Of a stretch of 64,000 nucleotides of DNA, positions 1 to 12,409 are shown piece by piece. Under the pieces are notes generated by a model, which was not told where the DNA came from, did not search any database, and saw only the letters and a list, made by a program, of their open reading frames with translations. Made by a program: the position numbers and the translations under genes. Within the stretch, counting starts at the first letter, position 1. Every line of letters begins with the position of its first letter. This stretch comes from Squalus acanthias (Eukaryota), in the NCBI GenBank assembly GCA_030390025.1, contig CM059432.1, positions 30,320,001 to 30,384,000 of the forward strand, in the 5' to 3' direction.

Positions 1-1339
1 AGGGCCACCCTCAGTAGTCCAGCTCACCCCCTGGGAGGATGCGGTCCTGGAGATCGTGGGAGTGGAGGATGATACGCAAGTGGGGGACGGACAGACGGGT
101 GCATCACAGCAAGCTGGTGACAGAATAGTTTTCCATCTCTCTCATTGACATGGCATGAGTCGCTGATAATGAATCTGAAGCTCTAACAGATGGATTTATG
201 ATCATCTGCAATATGCAATGTGCATGTAACCTTGGCATCACATCTCTGACTCTTTCCTTTACTCCCCACAGAACCATCGCAAGCACCCATCCCCACTAGC
301 CAGGAGGAAGAGCCTGAGCATCCAGACTCCTCAGAGGAAGCTGCAACCTCTGAGGGTGCAGCGTCAGCAGAATTCAGCGCACCCAGCACCAGCGCAGTGA
401 CTCACACCTCGGTGGGAACCTCGGGACATAGAGTAGTTTTGTCACCTGGTGTATCACAGCTCACAAGTGAGCATCAGCAGATGGTGGAGACAGAGACAGC
501 AGTGGAGAGTCCTAGTCAGAGGGCGCAGGACTCTCCTAGCTCGGCTCAGCTGCATGTCGACCCTCTGCCTCTGGGGCCATCCATAAGATCAGTGGTGCTG
601 GAACTCCAGGAACAGATGCAGGAGTCTCTGACAAGTTTTGTCTCCAGGGTCGCTGCAAGTGTGGAGCGAATGGAGGAGTCCATAGCGAACATGAGCAGAG
701 CTTTTGTGGAGTCATTGGCGCATGAACGCATCACCATGGAAAGGATGGCAACCTCCATGCAAAGGATGGCTACAGTAGAGGAGAGGATGGCTACGGCTAT
801 GGAGGAGATAAGTCGCCAGAGTGTAGAAAACATGGTCGTTGTTCAGAAGAGACTGGCATCTCTTGAGGAGCGATGGTCATCTATTGAACACAGAAACCAG
901 ACCTTCATGGAAGTCCTTCTGAGTAGGACTTCCAGTGCAGATACAGGTCCCCATGGCCCCCCCTGATGTGCAGCAAGGTGCTCTCAATCCACTTGCAAGC
1001 GCTGAGGTGGACCTGACCCATGAGATGGATGTTGGTGGCAGACAACAAGGAAGTGGGGGCTCCTCTCCAAGCACTCACACTTCCATTCCACTGACAAGTC
1101 ATCGGTCAGAGCCCCACCAGAGTCCGCACCCAACTGAGATCAGCGTCTCAACCCCTGCCCAGCCACAGGAGCAGCAGACTGTTGCCGAGCCTTCGCAGGT
1201 TCGCAACCCCAGACGACGCCCGCCAAAGGTGTCAAGACAGGAGCAGCAACAAACTGAGCAGGGGGCCGCCACCTCTGCTGAAGCCACAGGGGAAGCACCA
1301 CGTAGGAGCATGCGTAAGAGAAAGATACTGCACAAATAG
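1..1339 (+). pseudogene. Harbinger Myb/SANT accessory gene, copy A: end of exon 2 (to 116), intron 117-271, exon 3 (272-1339), frameshifted
   Basis: GT donor at 117, polypyrimidine-CAG acceptor at 269-271. ORFs 397-966 and 935-1339 join into one coiled-coil protein ending RRSMRKRKILHK, colinear with copies B and C. Confidence 0.85.
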
Positions 1340-1596
1340 TCACAAGGGTAGTCACTTGGGTGAAATTTGATGTTTAATGTAAAAAAGCCATCAGATGTTA
1401 AGTGTAAATAAAAACTCTGATGGCTACAGCTGCAGTTGTGGCGTCTGTCATTTCGCTAACGGGACTTCCACAATGAGGCCTCAGGATAACTTGCAATTGT
1501 CAGTATGGTGGTCAAATTGTTAGGGATCCGCTGGGTCTGGGCCATTGTCGTAGCTCTGGTAAAAAGCTGCGAAGCAAAAGTGCTTGATTGTCTAGG

Positions 1597-2837
1597 CTAA
1601 GCAAATCTGGCCAAGATGAGTGCGTTCCTTGCATTCCGGGCAGCTATGGTCTCGCGTAATGCTGCCGCTGGTTGATGGGCCTCTGCAAGATGTTCGTTCT
1701 CTCTCTCCTCCTCCTCCTGCACCTCCTCCTCCTCATCTGAGGAGGATATGTGAGGAGCCACTTGGTCCTCCGGCATCTGCAAGCCACGACGCTGTGCCAT
1801 GTTGTGAAGTGCACAGCAAACCACGACAATTCCAGAGACCCTGGCTGCTGAGTATTGCAGGGCTCCACCTGATCTAGCCAGGCATCTGAAGCGCATCTTC
1901 AGCATACCGATGGTTTGCTCGATTATGGATCTGGTGGAAATGTGGCTGGAGTTGTAGCTCTCCTCAGCTGCGTTGGATGGGCTCCTCAATGGTGTCATTA
2001 GCCACGTCTTCAGGGGATAGCCCTTGTCTCCAAGTAGCCATCCGTTAAGTTGGTCTGGCGGACTGAATAGCGGAGGCACACTAGACTGGCGCAGTATGAA
2101 GGAGTCATGGCAACTGCCAGGGTACTTGGCACAAACATGCAAAATTTCCTTCTTGTGGTCACACACCAGCTGAACGTTGAGGGAGTGGAAGCCCTTGTGG
2201 TTGACAAAAATACCTGGATTGCGATGGGGTGCCTTAAGGGCCACATGTGTGCAGTCAACGACGCCCTGCACCCTTGGAAAGCCTGCCAGATTAACTAATC
2301 CAACTGCACGCGCCGTGACACTTGCTCGATCCTTGGTGAAATGGATGTGATTGTGCGCGATGGCAAAGAGAGCATCGGTTACCTGCGTGATGCAGGTGTG
2401 TGCGGCCGCCTGGGAGATGCCGCTGATGTCTGCTGCTGATCCCTGGAATGAACCTGAAGCAAAAAAGTTGAGTGCGGTGGTGACTTTGACGGCCACTGGT
2501 AAGGGGTGTCCACCTGGTCCTCTGGGCTCCAGGTCTTGTTGCAGCATTGCGCAGATGTCACCCACTACCGGAGCCGCCTTTGGCACTGCTGCTCAGACAT
2601 GTTGAGGTAGCTGACCCTGTGTCTGTAGACCCTGTTTGGTGGGTATCTCCTGTGCCGACGGCCTTCCATGCGCTGGCCCCTTCTGTCCTGTGCAGCTTCA
2701 GGCGGGTGAGCAGCAGCTTGGCGCTCCTGTTGTTGCTGCTGCTGTTCGTGCTGCTGTTGTTCATGGTTCTGCTGGTGCTGCGGCTGGTGTTCGTCCTCAT
2801 CGGATACCCAGGAGGGAAGGAAATAAATGGCTCCCAT
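1597..2837 (-). pseudogene. Harbinger (HARBI1-like, DDE_Tnp_4) transposase, copy A, one frameshift near 2575
   Basis: MGAIYF start, poly-Q tract, HTH region ([10 protein letters not shown]), catalytic motifs VVDCTH, LLGDKGY and [21 protein letters not shown], acidic tail. Confidence 0.93.
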
Positions 2838-3410
2838 GCTTCTGGTATATGCCTCAGTTGAGGAAGCGCTCAATGAAGGTGACGAGAGGGGTTTCCCAGG
2901 AGGTCACACTGGAGTTGGGTGTCAGGCTCCAAACTTTCAGAGCTGTGGTTATGCCTTCTAAAAGTTCCCCCAGACCTGTGACAACAAAGTTCTGCCACCC
3001 GCAAATGATGGCTGATCAAATCTCCTATTTAATGGTTGAGCTGCAGCTGATAGCAGAGGCGGCGGACCTGGGTGCAGCGACAGCGGCGAGGCAGCGGCCA
3101 TAAAAGGCAGCAGTGACCAGGTAGGCCCACAGAGGCGGCAGCGACCAGATAGGCGACCAATCTAAGCTCCGAGAGCGGAAGAGAGAGAAGTAAAAAATAA
3201 TCAAAGTGTGACGTCACCAGAAAGCAGGTAAGTGATTGGTTGGTGAGTATTTCTCTTTTTCTCCTTTTTCCAAACTTAAATTTTGTGGTTTAAAGTTTCT
3301 AGGGTCTCTGTGGTGTAGCGGGGAAAGTTGGTAAACAAGGGCCATATATCATTTAATTATAGTATAATTGGTGGGATTGATTTGATTTAATTTAAGTTCA
3401 ATTAATTAAA

Positions 3411-3654
3411 GCGGAGAGCGGCTGGAGAGCGGCAAACCTCGGGAGATTTCAAAGGTGAGCGAGAGCGGCTGGAGAGCGCCAAACCTCGGGAGATTTCAAA
3501 GGTGAGCGAGAGCGGCTGGAGAGCACCAAACCTCGGGAGATTTCAAAGGTGAGCGAGAGCGGCTGGAGAGCGCCAAACCTCGGGAGATTTCAAAGGTGAG
3601 CGAGAGCGGCTGGAGAGCGCCAAACCTCGGGAGATTTCAAAGGTGAGCGAGAGC
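3411..3654 (+). repeat. Five 47-bp tandem units in the CR1 5' UTR
   Basis: Near-identical copies of GCGAGAGCGGCTGGAGAGCGCCAAACCTCGGGAGATTTCAAAGGTGA. Confidence 0.95.
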
Positions 3655-3815
3655 AAAGTTTTCCATACTTAAATTCTGTGGTTTATAGTTTCTAGAGTCT
3701 CTGTGGTGTAGCGGGGACTGCTGTTAAGCAAGGGCCCTTGAGTATATCATTTAATTGAAGTGAAATTGGTGGGATTCAATTAGTTTATTTTAATTAATTA
3801 ATTAAAGGGTAAGTC

Positions 3816-4766
3816 ATGGCAGGAGAGCTCCACCTCGTGACATGCTCCTCCTGTTATATGTGGGAAATCAGGGACGCTTCCTGTGTCCCTGATGACCGTG
3901 TGTATGGGAAATGTATCCAGCTGCAGCTACTGACAGACCGCATTGCGGCGCTGGAGCTGCGGATGGATGCATATTGGAGCATTCGCGACGCTGAGAACGT
4001 CGTGGATAACACGTTTAGCGAGTTGATCACACCGCAGGTAAAGGGTGTACAGGCAGGAAGTGAATGGGTGACCACCAGGCAGAGTAAGAGGTGCAGGCAG
4101 GTAGTGCAGGGGTCCCCTGTGGCCATCCCCCTCTCAAACAGATATACCACTTTGGATGCTGTTGGGGGGGTTGACTTATCAGGGGAAGGCGGCAGCAGCC
4201 AACTTCCTGGCACCATGGGTGGCTCTGCTGCACAGGCTGGGAGGAAAAAGTGTGGAAGAGCTATAGTGATAGGGGATTCAATTGTAAGGGGAATAGATAG
4301 GCGTTTCTGCGGCCGCAAACGAGACTCCAGGATGGTGTGTTGCCTCCCTGGTGCAAGGGTCAAGGACGTCTCAGAGCGGCTACAGAACATTTTGGAGGGG
4401 GAGGGCGAACAGCCAGTTGTCGTGGTGCACATAGTCATCAACGATATAGGTAAAAAACGGGATGAGGTCCTAAAAGCAGAATATAGGGAGTTAGGAGGTA
4501 AATTAAAAAATAGGACCTCAAAGGTAGTAATCTCAGGATTGCTACCAGTGCCACGTGCTAGTCAGAGTAGAAATAGGAGGATATTTCAAATGAATACATG
4601 GCTAGAGGAATGGTGCAAGGGGGAGGGATTCAAATTCCTTGGATATTGGAACCGGTTCTGGGGGAGGTGGGACCAGTACAAACGGGACGGTCTGCAACTG
4701 GGCAGGGCCGGGACCGATGTCCTAGGGGGAGTGTTTGCTAGTGCTGTTGGGGAGGGTTTAAACTAA
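3816..4766 (+). CDS. CR1 ORF1p (zinc finger, leucine zipper, SGNH esterase), open frame
   Basis: CSSCYMWE zinc-finger start, LTDRIAALELRM zipper, LSNRY, IVIGDSIVR and CCLPGARV motifs. Confidence 0.9.
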   Translation: MAGELHLVTCSSCYMWEIRDASCVPDDRVYGKCIQLQLLTDRIAALELRMDAYWSIRDAENVVDNTFSELITPQVKGVQAGSEWVTTRQSKRCRQVVQGSPVAIPLSNRYTTLDAVGGVDLSGEGGSSQLPGTMGGSAAQAGRKKCGRAIVIGDSIVRGIDRRFCGRKRDSRMVCCLPGARVKDVSERLQNILEGEGEQPVVVVHIVINDIGKKRDEVLKAEYRELGGKLKNRTSKVVISGLLPVPRASQSRNRRIFQMNTWLEEWCKGEGFKFLGYWNRFWGRWDQYKRDGLQLGRAGTDVLGGVFASAVGEGLN

Positions 4767-4939
4767 AGTGGCAGGGGGTTGGGAACCTGAGCAGGGAGAC
4801 AGAGGAAAGGGAAACAAGGATAAAAGCTAAAGACAGGAAGGAGAAAAACAAAAGTAGAAGGCAAAGAACTCAACGGTTTAAATCAAACATTGTCACAGTA
4901 AATAATAATTCATATAGGTCTGAGAGCGTTAAAAAAACA

Positions 4940-7749
4940 AGCCTGAAGGCTTTGTGTCTTAATGCAAGGAGCATTCGAAACAAGGTGGATGAATTAGCTG
5001 CGCAAATAGAGGTAAATGAATACGATTTGATTGGGATTACAGAAACATGGCTCCAGGGTGGCCAAGGCTGGGAACTCAACATTCAGGGTTATTCAATATT
5101 TAGGAAAGATAGGCAAAAAAGAAAGGGAGGTGGGGTAGCATTGCTGGTTAAAGAGGGGATTAACACAATTGAAAGGAAGGATATTAGCTCTGATGATGCA
5201 GAATCTGTATGGGTAGAACTGAGAAATAACAAGGGGCAGAAAACGTTAGTGGGAGTGGTATATAGACCTCCAAACAGTAATACGGAGGTTGGGGACGGCA
5301 TTAAAAGGGAAATTAGAGAAGCATGCAGTAAGGGCACAGCAGTCATCATGGGTGACTTTAATTTACATATAGATTGGGCTAACCAAATTAGTAAAAATAC
5401 TGTGGAGGAGGAATTCCTAGAATGTGTACGGGATGGTTTTCTGGAACAATATGTCGAGGAACCAACCAGAGATCAGGCCATCTTAGACTGGGTATTATGT
5501 AACAAGAAAGATTAATTAGCAATCTTGTTGTACGAGGCCCCTTGGGTCAGAGTGATCATAATATGATAAAATTCTTCATTAGGATGGAGAGTGAAGTAGT
5601 TGAATCAGAGACTTGGGTCCTGAATTTAAATAAAGGAAACTACGATGGTATGAGGTGCGAATTGGATAGGATTGATTGGGGAATGTCACTCAAGGGGTTG
5701 ACGGTGGATAGGCAATGGCAAACATTCAAAGACTGCATGGATGAACTACAGAATTTGTTCATCCCAGTGTGGCATAAGAATAAAACAAAAAGGGTGACTC
5801 AACCGTGGCTAACAAGGGAAATTAGGGATAGCATAAGATTCAAGGAGAGGGCATATAAATTGGGCAGAAAAAGATGAAAACCCGGATGATTGGGAGCAGT
5901 TTAGGATTCAACAAAGGAGGACAAAGGGATTAATTAAGAAGGGGAAAATAGAATATTAATGTAAGCTTGCTGGGAACATAAAAACTGACTGTAAGAGCTT
6001 TTATAGATATGTGAAGAGAAAAAGATTAGTGAAATCAAGTGTAGGTCCCTCACAGTCAGAAGCGGGGGAAGTTATAATGGGGAACAAAGAAATGGCAGAC
6101 CAATTAAATGCATATTTTGGTTCTGTCTTCACAAAGGAGGACACAAATAAACTCCCAGAGATGTTGGAGAACATACGGTCTGATGAAAGGGAGGAACTGA
6201 AAGAAATCAGTATTTGCAGGGAAATGGTGTTCGGGAAATTGATGGTATTGAAGGCCGATAAATCCCCAGGGCCTGATAATCTACATCCTAGGGTACTTAA
6301 GGAAGTGGCCCTAGAAATAGTAGATGCATTGCTGATCATCTTCCAACATTCGATGGAATCTGGAACTGTACCCATGGATTGGAGGGTAGCTAATGTTACC
6401 TCACTATTCAAAAAGGGTGGTAGAGAGAAAGCGGGGAATTACAGACCGGTAAGCCTGACATCGGTAGTGGGGAAAATGCTAGAGTCCATTATAAAGGATG
6501 TAATAGCTGAGCACTTGTAAAACAGTGACAGGATCGGACAAAGTCAACATGGATTTACAAAAGGTAAATCGTGCTTGACTAATCTACTGGAATTTTTTGA
6601 GGATGTAACTGGGAAAATAGATAAGGGAGAACCAGTAGATGTGGTGTATTTGGACTTTCAAAAGGTTTTCGATAAGGTCCCGCATAAGAGATTAGCGTGT
6701 AAAGTTAAGGCACATGGGATTGGGGCAAGGTATTGACTTGGATAGAGAACTGGTTGGCGGACAGAAAGCAGAGAGTAGGAATTAATGGGTCTTTTTCCGA
6801 GTGGCAAGCAGTGACTAGTGGGGTACCGCAGGGATCGGTCCTTGGACCCCAGCTATTCACAATATACATTAATGATCTAGATAAGGGAACTAAATGTAAT
6901 ATCTCCAAGTTTGCAGATGACACAAAGCTGGGTGGGAGTGTGTGCTGCAAGGATGATACCGAGAAACTCCAGGATGATTTGGACAGGTTGGGTGAGTGGG
7001 CAGAAGCGTGGCAGATGCAATATAACGTGGATAAATGCAAGGTTATCCACTTTGGTGTCAAAAACAGAAAGGCAGACTATTATCTGAATGGCAATAGATT
7101 GGGAGAAGGGGAAGTGCAACGAGACCTGGATGTCCTTGTGCACCAGTCGCTGAAAGTAAGCATGCAGGTGCAGCAGGCGGTGAAGAAGGCAAATGGTATG
7201 TTGGCCTTCATAGCGAAAGGGTTTGAGTATAGGAACAGGGATGTCCTGCTGCAGTTGTACAGGGCCTTGGTGAGACCACACCTTGAGTACTGTGTGCAGT
7301 TTTGGTCGCCTTATCTGAGGAAGGATGTTCTTGCCATGGAAGGAGTTCAGCGAAGATTCACAAGGCTGATACCTGGGATGGCAGGAATGACATATGAGGA
7401 GAGATTGGGTCGATTGGGCTTATACTCGCTGGAATATAGAAGAATGAGAGGGGATCTCATTGAAACATATAAAATTCGGACAGGTCTGGACAAACTAGAT
7501 GCAGGAAGAATGCTCCCGATGGTCGGAGAGTCCAGAACCAGGGGTCATAATCTAAGGATAACGGGTAAGCCATTTAGGACAGAAATGAGGAAGAATTTCT
7601 TCACCCAGAGAGTGGTGAACCTATGGAATTCTCTACCACAGAAGGTAGTTGAGGCCAAGTCATTAAATATATTCAAGAATGAGTTAGATATATTTCTTAA
7701 AGCTAAAGGTATCAAGGGATATGGGGAGAAGGCAGGTACAGGGTACTGA
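4940..7749 (+). pseudogene. CR1 ORF2 (APE endonuclease + reverse transcriptase), several stops and frameshifts
   Basis: CLNARS, ITETW, MGDFN, SDHN, NYRPVSLTS, PQGSVLGP, FADDTK and RPHLEYC motifs split over four ORFs. Confidence 0.95.
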
Positions 7750-8292
7750 GTTTGGATGATCAGCCATGATCTCATCGAATGGTGGAGCAGGCTCGAGGGG
7801 CCGAATGGTCTACTCCTGCTCCTATCTTCTCTGTTTCTAAGTTTCTATAGTCAGCTATCCACTTGTGCTCCCGCCAGGTTTCACCAGCATGTTTCAGATC
7901 AGGCGTGATTCACGTGGGAAAAGGGTTAAACTAGCAAATAACTATCAAAATGGCATTACAGAGGCAATTTAGGGCTTGTTAAGGGCATTAACAGCCTCTC
8001 CCGCCTCTTGGAGGCGGGACGGAGACGGGACCAGTAGACACGATTCCATCAAAATTGCGTGGAGGCGGGATGGAGGCGGGATCGGGCCTGCCCGCCAGTT
8101 TCTGCAATTTTAACACCCCAGATGCCTCCAATCCCGCCTCAACGGCCCTATGAAAATCCAGCCCTACTTCCTCTGACCTTTATTCTACTGCTTTGGCTAT
8201 GTAGTTCAACATCCTATTGGTTTTATTGATTGCTGCTCTTCATTTGTTGGACATGTTTAGCATCAAGTCGATTAATACTCCTCAGACTCTTT

Positions 8293-9255
8293 GGCCAGAA
8301 TTTCCCCCTGAAAGAATGGGTGGGCTTGGAGTGTGGGGGCAGTTAAAGTGTTAAAAATGGGATTCCCGACCTGATCCCACCTCCAACCCACCCACTTCTG
8401 GTATACTGGAGGTGGGACGGGGCGGGACGGGGGGGCTGGCAGCCAACCCGCTGCCAGGAGCGATACCTCAATTTAAATATTGTAATGAGGCTGGAAGCCT
8501 CTTTTTTCCCCTCCATTTTGTGTTTAACTGTCTGTGGACGGGTTTCACACAATTGATGAAACCCGGCAGTTAAACAGAGGCAGCGACTGCTGCATCCAGA
8601 AGGTAAGTGGCTTTATACCTACCTGCTGGATCCAGGGTCCTGACCATAACCACCACCCGCAATCGGAGACCCCACCATGAGGCCCTCGATCGCCTTCTCA
8701 GGCTTCCGCCCGCCCCCGCCCCCCAGGCCTCCCCCAGCAACAATGATGATGAGGCTGGCCCCAATCCTCTCTCCTCCCCGCTGATCCCTGGCCGACCCCA
8801 CCACCGCCGATCCCTGTCGGAACCCCCACCCCAATCCCCAGCTGACCCCCACCGCCACCCCCCCTGTGATCCCCGGCCGAACCCCACCCAATCGCTGGCC
8901 GACCCGCACCCCCCCGATCCCTGGCCGACATCCCTCTCCCAATCCCCGACCCCTGTCGATGCTCTCTCTCCCTGCCCCGCGATCCCCGACCCCTGCCGAT
9001 GCTCTCCTTCCCTCTCGATCCCCGACCCCTGCTATTTGCCGATCCTTCTCCCGCGATCCTTCCCCCGGACTGGTCCCTCACTTCTGAGGCCTAACCGCCC
9101 GCAGCCAGCCAGCCTCTCAAGCTGGCTGGCTGTGGGCGGTAATCCGAGGCCTCACAGTCAAATCAGGCCCTGCCGTTAAAATCGGCCTACTGGGTTTCCT
9201 GCCCGCCTCAGAGGCCCCACGCCCCCAACTCACCTGCCGAGGGAAAATTCCGGCT
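8293..9255. mobile_element. Harbinger-type MITE with C-rich internal repeats
   Basis: Imperfect TIRs GGCCAGAATTTCC / GGAAAATTCCGGCT, TTT on both flanks, internal (CCGATCCC)-like repeats. Confidence 0.75.
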
Positions 9256-9496
9256 TTTCAGTTTCATCCTGACCTATTTCAATAGCATTCATGAAGTACC
9301 TTTTTGTTCTTTTTTCTTTCTATGTGCAGCAATTTACACTTGTCTGTATTAAATTTCATCTGCCCAATTACATAACTTGTCCAACTCATTATATCATTTT
9401 GAGCTGTCTCTTTCAATTCCACTGCCCCTCCTAGTTTGGTATCGTCTGCAAATTTGACCACTTTACATTGAGTTTCAGAATCCAGGCCATTTCATA

Positions 9497-9645
9497 CAAT
9501 CATAGAAATTTACGGCACAGAAGGAAGCCATTCGACCCATCATGTCTGTGCCGGCCGAAAAAGAGCTATGCAGCCGAATCCCACTTTCCAGCTCTTGGTC
9601 CGTAGCCTTGCAGGTTATGGCACTTCAAGTGCATATCCAAGTAAA
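9497..9645 (-). mobile_element. CR1 3'-end fragment
   Basis: AATCATAGAAATTTACGGCACAGAAGG matches the 3' terminus of the CR1 at 14136. Confidence 0.8.
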
Positions 9646-10061
9646 TTTATGTAAATTAGAAACAGTAGTGGTCCCAGCACTGAGCCCTGAGGCATCCCAC
9701 TCAGAATTTCCTCCCACTCTGGTGGAACTCCTCTTATGAGTACTCGTTGCTTCCTATCCTTCAGCCGATTTGTTATATATTCCCAGAGTTTACCTGAATT
9801 CCCACAGCTTTGATTTTAATTAGTAGCCTTTCATGTGGACCTTTATCAAAAGCCTTTTGGAAGTCAAGGTACACCAGCTCATTGAGCTTACCACAGTCCA
9901 TTTAGGTTGTCTCTTCCTCAAAGAAATTGAGGAGGTTGTTCAGGCAAGTTCTTCCTCTTCTGAATCTGACTGCTATTAATTAGATTATTGTTGTGCAGAT
10001 GATCCTCAAGTTTACTCCTGATAATTCAGTTATTTTACATGAACTGGAAGTAAGACTTATA

Positions 10062-10742
10062 GGGGGAAAAATTGGCTCGCGCCCCGTTTGGGGTGATAAC
10101 TTCGCTGGGGCAGTACTTTTAGCATCCTGAAAAAGTTAGCACCCCCGCACCCGAAATTCAATGGTAGTGCCCCAAGCAGGAGGCGGGGCGCTACTGGAAG
10201 CACTCCCCCTCCCTCTTGGGGCACTCCCATTGAATATTGCGGCGCTACGTGCAGCAGCACCACGCGCGTCGGCACGTAGCGCCGCAGTACTGCAGGCCTC
10301 CCGCCCCTGATTAAAGGGGAGGGGCCTAGCACCGGGGCCCTGCTGGACCATCAGGGAGCGGGGTGCTGGCAAAGAGCCCGGCACTCAAGATGAATGCCGG
10401 GCTGATGGATCGCAGCCAGCACCCCGCAGGAGGAGGCCAGAGGGAGCAGGTGCTGGCAGGCGGCCCCCCAAAAAAATGGCCGCCCAGCTCCTGCCCTTTA
10501 ATTATCGCCACCCTGGCCGCAAAAACGCCACCCTGACCATGTCAGACAGATTGCCCGGTGGTAGGTCAGGGGCGTGAGCCAAGTTTGCGGCTGGGGCGCG
10601 AGCGGGGTGCTGCGCACGGCATTGACGTCATCGCTGGAGGTGCAGCGCCATGGGGCGCTATCGGCTACCGCTGCCGCTAACCTCCCGCTGAATTTCGCAG
10701 ACGGTGCTAATGGGAGGCGCAAAGCAATTGAATTTTTTCCCC
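10062..10742. mobile_element. Harbinger-type MITE (same family as 49842-50572)
   Basis: TIRs GGGGGAAAAATT / AATTTTTTCCCC, ATA TSD, GC-rich interior colinear with 49842-50572. Confidence 0.88.
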
Positions 10743-11455
10743 ATAGGTCTGTAGTTGCCTGTGTCCGTTTTGTCACCCTTTTTCAATATGGGGATGACAT
10801 TAGCCTGTTTCCTGTTTCCAGTCTATGGGTACTTCCCCATTGTCAATCGATTCTATTATAATGATTGTCAGTACCTCACAAATCTCCTCCTGGTCTTACT
10901 CAGCACTCTATCCCATTTAGCCTGTCTCGGCCTTCTATCTCATTAATAATGAAGCTCTTGATTTTACCAGGTATATCTTTATTTGGGGAGGGCATAATGA
11001 TAGCAATAATGTAGTCCCACATTCTGGTTGCTGAAACTATTCTTCCTGCTGGCTCTGCGTGACAGATACTGGAACATGGGTGCACCAGCAAATCCTGTCT
11101 AAGAGTTCTTAGTTGCAAGCAGAACAACAGAGAGGGCCTGTTGGACTCCTAAGTAGACTGCGCGTGAAAAAAATGTAAAGGTTGGAGGCTTGAGACTTGT
11201 TACAGTTCAGTTTTAGAAAAACATTTGAAGAAGAAAATGTCTAAAGGGATAGAGCAGAGATGCGAACCAGCACGATGGGCTGAATAGCCTCTTCTGTGTT
11301 GATTCTATAATCATTTTGCAGATACCTTCAAAGAAATTTTCAAAAAAAGAAGCCGATATATTTTACAGCACTCAAAGTACTCCCGTATATGTATTTGAAG
11401 AAGAGCTGTAATAGAATCATAATGGAATCATTAACCCATTTATTTTAAACATTTT

Positions 11456-12349
11456 GGGGGAAAAATTCAGTATCGCCCCATTTGGGGCGTAATTATCGGC
11501 CGGGCGCAAAGATTAGCGCCTGGCGCTAATTATCGCCACCGACTGCAAACTTGACTTTTATCGCCCCTGGAGGTGAGTGGAGCGCTAAATCAGGCGCTTC
11601 GCACCTGTCTTAAGGCGCAAAGGCCGAGGAGCGAGGCACTACCTCAGAGCGCTGGCGAAGCTCATGTGATGTCAGTCAGCAATGGAACACAGACACAATG
11701 GCGTGGGCCAGTTCTTAAAGGGAAGGGCTGATCTTGCTTTCCATCCACATCCTGCTCATTGCAGCCTTGAATCTCGGCCTGGAGAGACCTGTACATCAAA
11801 TCTGCTGGAAAGAACAATGGAGAGTACCAGGGAAAGAGCTCAGAGTGCAGCCCCCACAGTCTCTTCTAAATCGTTACAAGGAAGGGCAAATCAAAATGAA
11901 CCTGCAAAGTGCTGCTCAGTACCCAAAACTCCTTCACACAGCGTTGAATCTCTCCAGAAGTCTCTCTCTCTCTCTCTCAGAATGCGTGGTTCTACAATGT
12001 CGCCAACAATAAAAGGCAGGAAGCGGTCACCTGTAAATAGCGCTCCCCCAGTCCCTTCGTGACTGCAAAACGCTCCCCTCAACCTGTCGTTGCTAGCGGC
12101 AGGCGGTAAGGCAGGGGGCGCCACTCAATATCCGCTCCGGGGCGATACTGGGGCGTTGCGCACTCGACTGACGTCACGATCTGCCGGCGCAGGAGATCGT
12201 GGCGGTAGTGTTTAGCGCCGCCGCAAAATGTCTAGTTAATTTCGCAAGCGGCGCAAACATCGCTGTGCCCGGGCGCTAGCTGCTTTGCGCCCCATTAGCG
12301 CCCTCTTAAGGCACTAACTGGGAGGCGCAACCAACTGAATTTTTTCCCC
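11456..12349 (+). mobile_element. Harbinger-type non-autonomous element (~0.9 kb)
   Basis: TIRs GGGGGAAAAATTCAG / CTGAATTTTTTCCCC, TTT TSD, reverse-complement copy at 22207-23101. Confidence 0.9.
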
Positions 12350-12409
12350 TTTACCTCTCTATTGAAATGGTGAATGGATGAATGCCATGGTTTTGCATTA
12401 AGCAAATAA

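Larger units (their letters stand above)
3054..7846 (+). mobile_element. Full-length CR1-clade LINE inserted in Harbinger A
   Basis: 5' UTR, ORF1, ORF2, CR1 3' stem-loop and short-repeat tail. ATAG flanks both ends (3050-3053, 7847-7850). Confidence 0.95.
1..8164 (-). mobile_element. PIF/Harbinger DNA transposon copy A (left end outside window; interrupted by a CR1 at 3054-7846)
   Basis: Convergent Myb-type gene (+) and DDE transposase (-). Terminal AAAATCCAGCCC at 8153-8164 is the reverse complement of the GGGCTGGATTTT that starts copy B. Sequence either side of the CR1 rejoins as CTGCAGCTGATAGTCAGCTATCC, as seen uninterrupted near 42136. Confidence 0.93.
8165..10960 (-). mobile_element. 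Old degenerate CR1 RT fragment broken by younger insertions
   Basis: KFADDTKLGG...MKFNTDKCK at 9279-9461. Remnants of PQGSVLGP (~9665-9700), DFQKAFDKV (~9835-9870) and GNYRP (~10746-10760) lie in the expected order. Boundaries approximate. Confidence 0.75.

Noticed and set aside
1597..2837. Domesticated host genes HARBI1 or NAIF1/MSANTD
   Set aside because: Multiple disrupted copies lie inside TIR-bounded elements, so these are transposon genes.
3411..3654. CRISPR-like array
   Set aside because: Units are head-to-tail with no unique spacers, inside a eukaryotic LINE UTR.
8570..9179. Pro/Gly/Arg-rich ORFs of 105-190 aa
   Set aside because: By-product of C-rich repeats in a MITE.
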